DNA of 11,128 nucleotides from Alphaproteobacteria bacterium (GTDB lineage: Bacteria > Pseudomonadota > Alphaproteobacteria > UBA8317): NCBI GenBank assembly GCA_038131935.1, contig JAYPQH010000011.1:1-11128 (forward strand). The letters are read 5' to 3'. The notes below the pieces were generated by a model. That model searched no databases, had not been told where the DNA came from, and was given only the letters and a program-made list of their open reading frames with translations. Each line of letters begins with the position of its first letter. The first letter of the stretch is position 1. The translations under genes were made by a program, and so were the position numbers. Positions 7,649 to 11,128 of this stretch are shown here, piece after piece.

Positions 7649-10442
7649 ATGATGCCGACAACAATCAATGGATATGTCTTAGAACCTGGTGCACAACTAG
7701 AAAATGCAGATCTATCTGGTCAGGACCTTAGGTCAATTGATTTAACTGGGGCCAATTTACGTGGCGCTAATCTTAGTGGCGCCAATTTGGTGGGGGTGAA
7801 TTTTACAAATGTAGACCTCACTGATGCTTGGATGTACCAAGCAATCACAACGCCTGACCAACTTACAACGGATCAATGGGCATCAGTATCCGTAAAAATT
7901 CCTACACCTACTATAGACTTGAATGATAATGACGGTATGTTGGTTGCCTTCGAAATCATGAATTGGGAAGGCCTTTCTGGGCGTGCCTTCCCACTAACGA
8001 CAGTGACCTTACGCAGTACCTATGCTGTCACCAATACAACGTTGACACTAACAACAACTGCAAATGAAGCGGGTGTTTGGTTTATCGATCAAGAAGATGT
8101 CGGGGATATCCCACCTGATGGACGGTTTCATCTAAGCGTTACAGCTGAAGACAATGCAGGTTTGATCTCTGACCCAGCACTTGCAGAGCTTATTTTTCAG
8201 TTGGGCGCAGATGGTCTTGATTTTCCAGCACCAACCATCGCCATCAACGATCGTGATGGTGTTGTGAATTCAGATGAATATGCCAACTGGCAAGGCTTGA
8301 CGGGAACGGCTGGTGCGAATGCCACGGTCATCCTCGTCAGCACTGAGGTACAATCAGGTCGATCAGGGACATTGATCACCAAAGCTGACGGCAATGGAGA
8401 CTGGGCCATAAGACCAAATGCTGGTGATCAAATACCCTTAGGTGCATTCGACATCCAGGTTACATACACAGATGATATAGGTGCAATCTCAAAGGCTGAA
8501 ACAGGTTATATCCGTTTTGCATTGGCTCAAGATACATTACAAACGCATCATCTTTCGGGCAGCATATATCATTGGAATGATAGCACCGTTATGTTCGATG
8601 GTTCGGTCAGCGTTACAGCTTTGGGCAACATTGCTGAGCAAAAAATTGCAGATAGTTCGCTCGCATCTGGCACTTTTTCCATGATGGACATGCAACCTGG
8701 TCGCTATAAGCTTGATGTCTTCTCTGACGCAGCAAATGTGGATGAAAAAGTCATTACATCGTCAGACGCACTCACCGCCTTGAAAATGAGTGTTGGGCTG
8801 ATCGAAAACCCCACTGCTCATCAATTGATCGCAGCGGATGTCAACAAAAATGGGAGGGTGAATTCGGCAGACGCATTGGCAATTTTGAAAATGGCAGTGG
8901 GCCATAAAGATGCGTTAGACAAAGAATTTGTTTTCGTGGATGCTGATGCCGATTGGCAGGGTATGTCCACACGAGATGCTCATTACACAACTGGGATACT
9001 TGTCGACAGCCTTGATGCAGATCGATCAGATCTCGACTTTGTGGGCATTCTTCTTGGTGACGTAAATGGTACTTACGTAAATCTTGTTCCATCAAAAGAT
9101 AATGAAACAAAATGGAATGAAGCCAATAATGCCCGCATTCAAGCTACGTTTGATGTGGATGACTTGGGTCCAGAATTGGAGATATTTGCGCAAACTGCTG
9201 AAAAATTAGGTGCCGACCTAGAGCAATTAGGACAAGAACTGTCACCACTACAGGCTATTTGGGATCGATTAGATGCCTATCAAGGTGACCTTGAAACACT
9301 TATTACGTTCGATAGCCGTCATGTCTATCTCCAAATGGTGATGACAAAATTACCCTTGATTTTGATGAAAATTTTCAAATCACGTCCCTAAACCAGATTG
9401 TTCAAATGGTCGAAGATTGGGAGCAAAATGGATTAGATTCAGGCTCGTACTTTGCCAATATTGGCGCCTTCAAAGGCCTGTCTGCGTCAATTGCTGATCA
9501 GGAAATTGCCCGCCTCAGTCTCACGAATGATGGTTTTTCCTTTACCACAACCAATCCCAATCAGTCGGACATAGGAAGTATCAACTTATTGGGAGATTTT
9601 TCTGGGAGCATCAGCGAAATTATGGAGGTGGCAGGCTTGATTTACAGGCTTGATGTAGCTCTAACCGACGGCACGACCGCTCAGACATCTACAAGCCTGG
9701 CCACATCACTTGCTCAAGGTTTGGACCAAATCGCAACCCTCGAGGGGTTCAGTATATTGGATGATCAAGGGCAGACACGTTTTGGTTTGCTAGAAGACCC
9801 AATTGCATCAATGCTCACGATAACTTTGGGCACCCATGAGCTGCGCGTTCAGGCGGATACAGATTTTGATCTTTCAGCTTATCAACAGGATTTCATTCGT
9901 GAGCTTGTCGCAGAGGAACCAAGTGCTGATTTTGCGGATGCCTTATTTAATGACTTTTAGGGGCAAATATGTCGTTGGATGTTACCTTGAAAACATTGGC
10001 CTCAAACAACCAAGCTGAGAATAACCTTGTTCATATCAGCATGCCCGATGTTCCTGATATCTATGCTGAAATAGAGCAGTCTGGAGGTTCATTTGAGCAA
10101 GCCATCGGTCGTGAGATTTTGGGTCAAAAAGGCACCACCAATTTTGCCTATGATAGCAATGGTATGATTGTCTTCAAATTTGAAGACGCAAACCTTGAAG
10201 AAGATATTTTTAAACAGATTTGGCAAGAGGCGGGTAACAGCCAAGATCCGCCGCCTGACATTAGAAATTCGGTTATATAGACAATCGCGACCTATGGATT
10301 GGATGGACAACATTCCTTCAGTCAAACCATGACCAACAATTGGTATGGGACTATTTATGAGACAACAACGCAGGTAGATCATTCACTATTTGGTCTTGTT
10401 TCAGAAGAATGGGCATCCTCATACCCCATCGATATCGCGTGA
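7649..10442 (+). CDS. Large acidic surface/secreted protein B (about 930 aa): pentapeptide repeats, two bacterial Ig-like repeats, beta-sandwich+dockerin module, unknown C-terminal region; frameshifts near 9325 and 9957, in-frame TAG at 10278-10280
   Basis: RBS AGGA at 7641-7644. Pentapeptides AQLEN-ADLSG-QDLRS-IDLTG-ANLRG-ANLSG-ANLVG-VNFTN-VDLTD (about 7691-7843). Two ~100-aa repeats P.PTI..ND.DG......NW.GL.G.A....A...G.W.I...F...VT..D..G.IS (7901-8203, 8225-8524). ORFs 7649..9391, 9406..9960 and 9969..10280 join by single-base indels (one T added to GACTTTTAGGGG gives DFLGANMSL). The frame stays open for 53 codons after the TAG, to TGA at 10440-10442. The 3' end is less certain than the rest. 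Confidence 0.8.
8546..9082 (+). repeat. 179-aa beta-sandwich+dockerin module, copy 2 (inverted relative to 4784-5320)
   Basis: ITSSDALTALKMSVG...AADVNKNGRVNSADALAILKMAVG...GILLGDVNG. The core 8816-8944 compared with the reverse complement of 4922-5050 is 109/129 nt and 39/43 aa identical by manual count. Confidence 0.9.
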
Positions 10443-10451
10443 TCCTTAAGC

Positions 10452-11128
10452 ATGAGGTGCATAGATCTGCGGATGATGCGTGCATGTTGTCTGCTATGGG
10501 TTCTCGTGGGCAATGCTTATGCCCAAAGTCATCTAAAGTCATCGGTTTATATATCGACGAATAGAGCTCTTTTACCACTGGCAGAACGTTATCTAGATAT
10601 ATTAGGGCCTTTGTTACAAGATTCCTCGGGAGGTTCATCAACCCCGAGTGATCCAGATCAGTATTTTCCCAAAGACCGTCGAGGTGATGCATCCATAGAC
10701 TATGATTTGGGTAGAGAAATTGGTGTAGATACTGGGTATGAAATACCGTTACGAGAAAATGCACTGAATTTGGCTGTTGGTGGGACATTATCCTATGCAG
10801 ATTGGAACAAATCCTACAAACAAGGATTGGGTGTTTTTGTGGAGCGTATTCATATCCAAACGCAAACCCTTACGTTTTCACCAAAAGTATATGTGACGAG
10901 TGCAGATTATTTTCACCCTGTGGAAGTCTTGGCGGGTGTTCGGTATGACCTCATAAAAAGTTGGGATTTGTTGGAGCTTGGGCGATGGAAAATTCGAGAG
11001 CAGCAATTTATCCATAGGCCTTTTTTTTACTTAAGCTTCAAAACATCCTTGTTCCATGAGCGGGTCAATGCTTTTGTTCAGCTCAACAATTCACGAGTCA
11101 TTTTTTCTCATCTTGGCTTGTCTTATAG
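10452..11128 (+). CDS. Putative small outer-membrane beta-barrel protein (3'-truncated; absent from the ORF track because it has no stop codon in the window)
   Basis: 225 codons with no stop: MRCIDLRMMRACCLLWVLVGNAYA|QSH... (signal peptide with A-x-A site). Amphipathic strands include IGVDTGYEI, LAVGGTLSY, LTFSPKVYV, VLAGVRYDL, FFYLSFK and VNAFVQL. It ends ...HLGLSY(R/S), resembling a BAM beta-signal. Alternative starts at 10473 and 10476. Confidence 0.72.
   Translation, partial: MRCIDLRMMRACCLLWVLVGNAYAQSHLKSSVYISTNRALLPLAERYLDILGPLLQDSSGGSSTPSDPDQYFPKDRRGDASIDYDLGREIGVDTGYEIPLRENALNLAVGGTLSYADWNKSYKQGLGVFVERIHIQTQTLTFSPKVYVTSADYFHPVEVLAGVRYDLIKSWDLLELGRWKIREQQFIHRPFFYLSFKTSLFHERVNAFVQLNNSRVIFSHLGLSY

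Noticed and set aside
4784-9082. Dockerin module pair as DGR template/variable repeats, or as a true cellulosome
   Set aside because: Mismatches are mostly synonymous and not adenine-specific, both copies are coding, and no reverse transcriptase is present; there are no carbohydrate-active domains or multi-cohesin scaffoldin.
4198-9110. Antisense and alternative-frame ORFs (4198..4410, 5734..6003, 5762..6337, 6467..6649, 6678..6875, 8197..8409, 8481..8684, 8841..9110)
   Set aside because: They are shadows of the well-supported large genes and have no motifs of their own.
10089-10788. Minus-strand ORFs 10089..10382 and 10351..10788
   Set aside because: They overlap better-supported + strand frames (the end of protein B and the signal-peptide beta-barrel ORF).

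Overview
This window looks like an uncorrected long read: at least a dozen frameshifts, mostly 1-nt indels and several in homopolymers, break otherwise intact genes. It probably comes from a Gram-negative, possibly marine alphaproteobacterium (inference only). From left to right: (1) the right end of a genomic island integrated at a tRNA-Leu(CAA) gene. The island carries a protein with at least six tandem zinc-ribbon (DUF4379-like) repeats flanking a Vsr/DUF559-like PD-(D/E)XK nuclease, and ends in a duplicated tRNA 3' half with candidate integrase arm sites. (2) A clade-D beta-carbonic anhydrase followed by a 1-Cys peroxiredoxin (Prx6). (3) Two large, acidic, divergently transcribed proteins without signal peptides that share a gap-free 179-aa dockerin-containing module. 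One also carries Ig-like, cadherin, cohesin-like and SdrD-B-like domains; the other carries pentapeptide repeats and two Ig-like repeats. After error correction both end in IDI(L/A). (4) A signal-peptide-bearing beta-barrel-like ORF that runs off the window and is missing from the ORF track. The best candidates for undescribed systems are the non-cellulosomal cohesin-dockerin surface locus and the island-borne zinc-ribbon-array nuclease.
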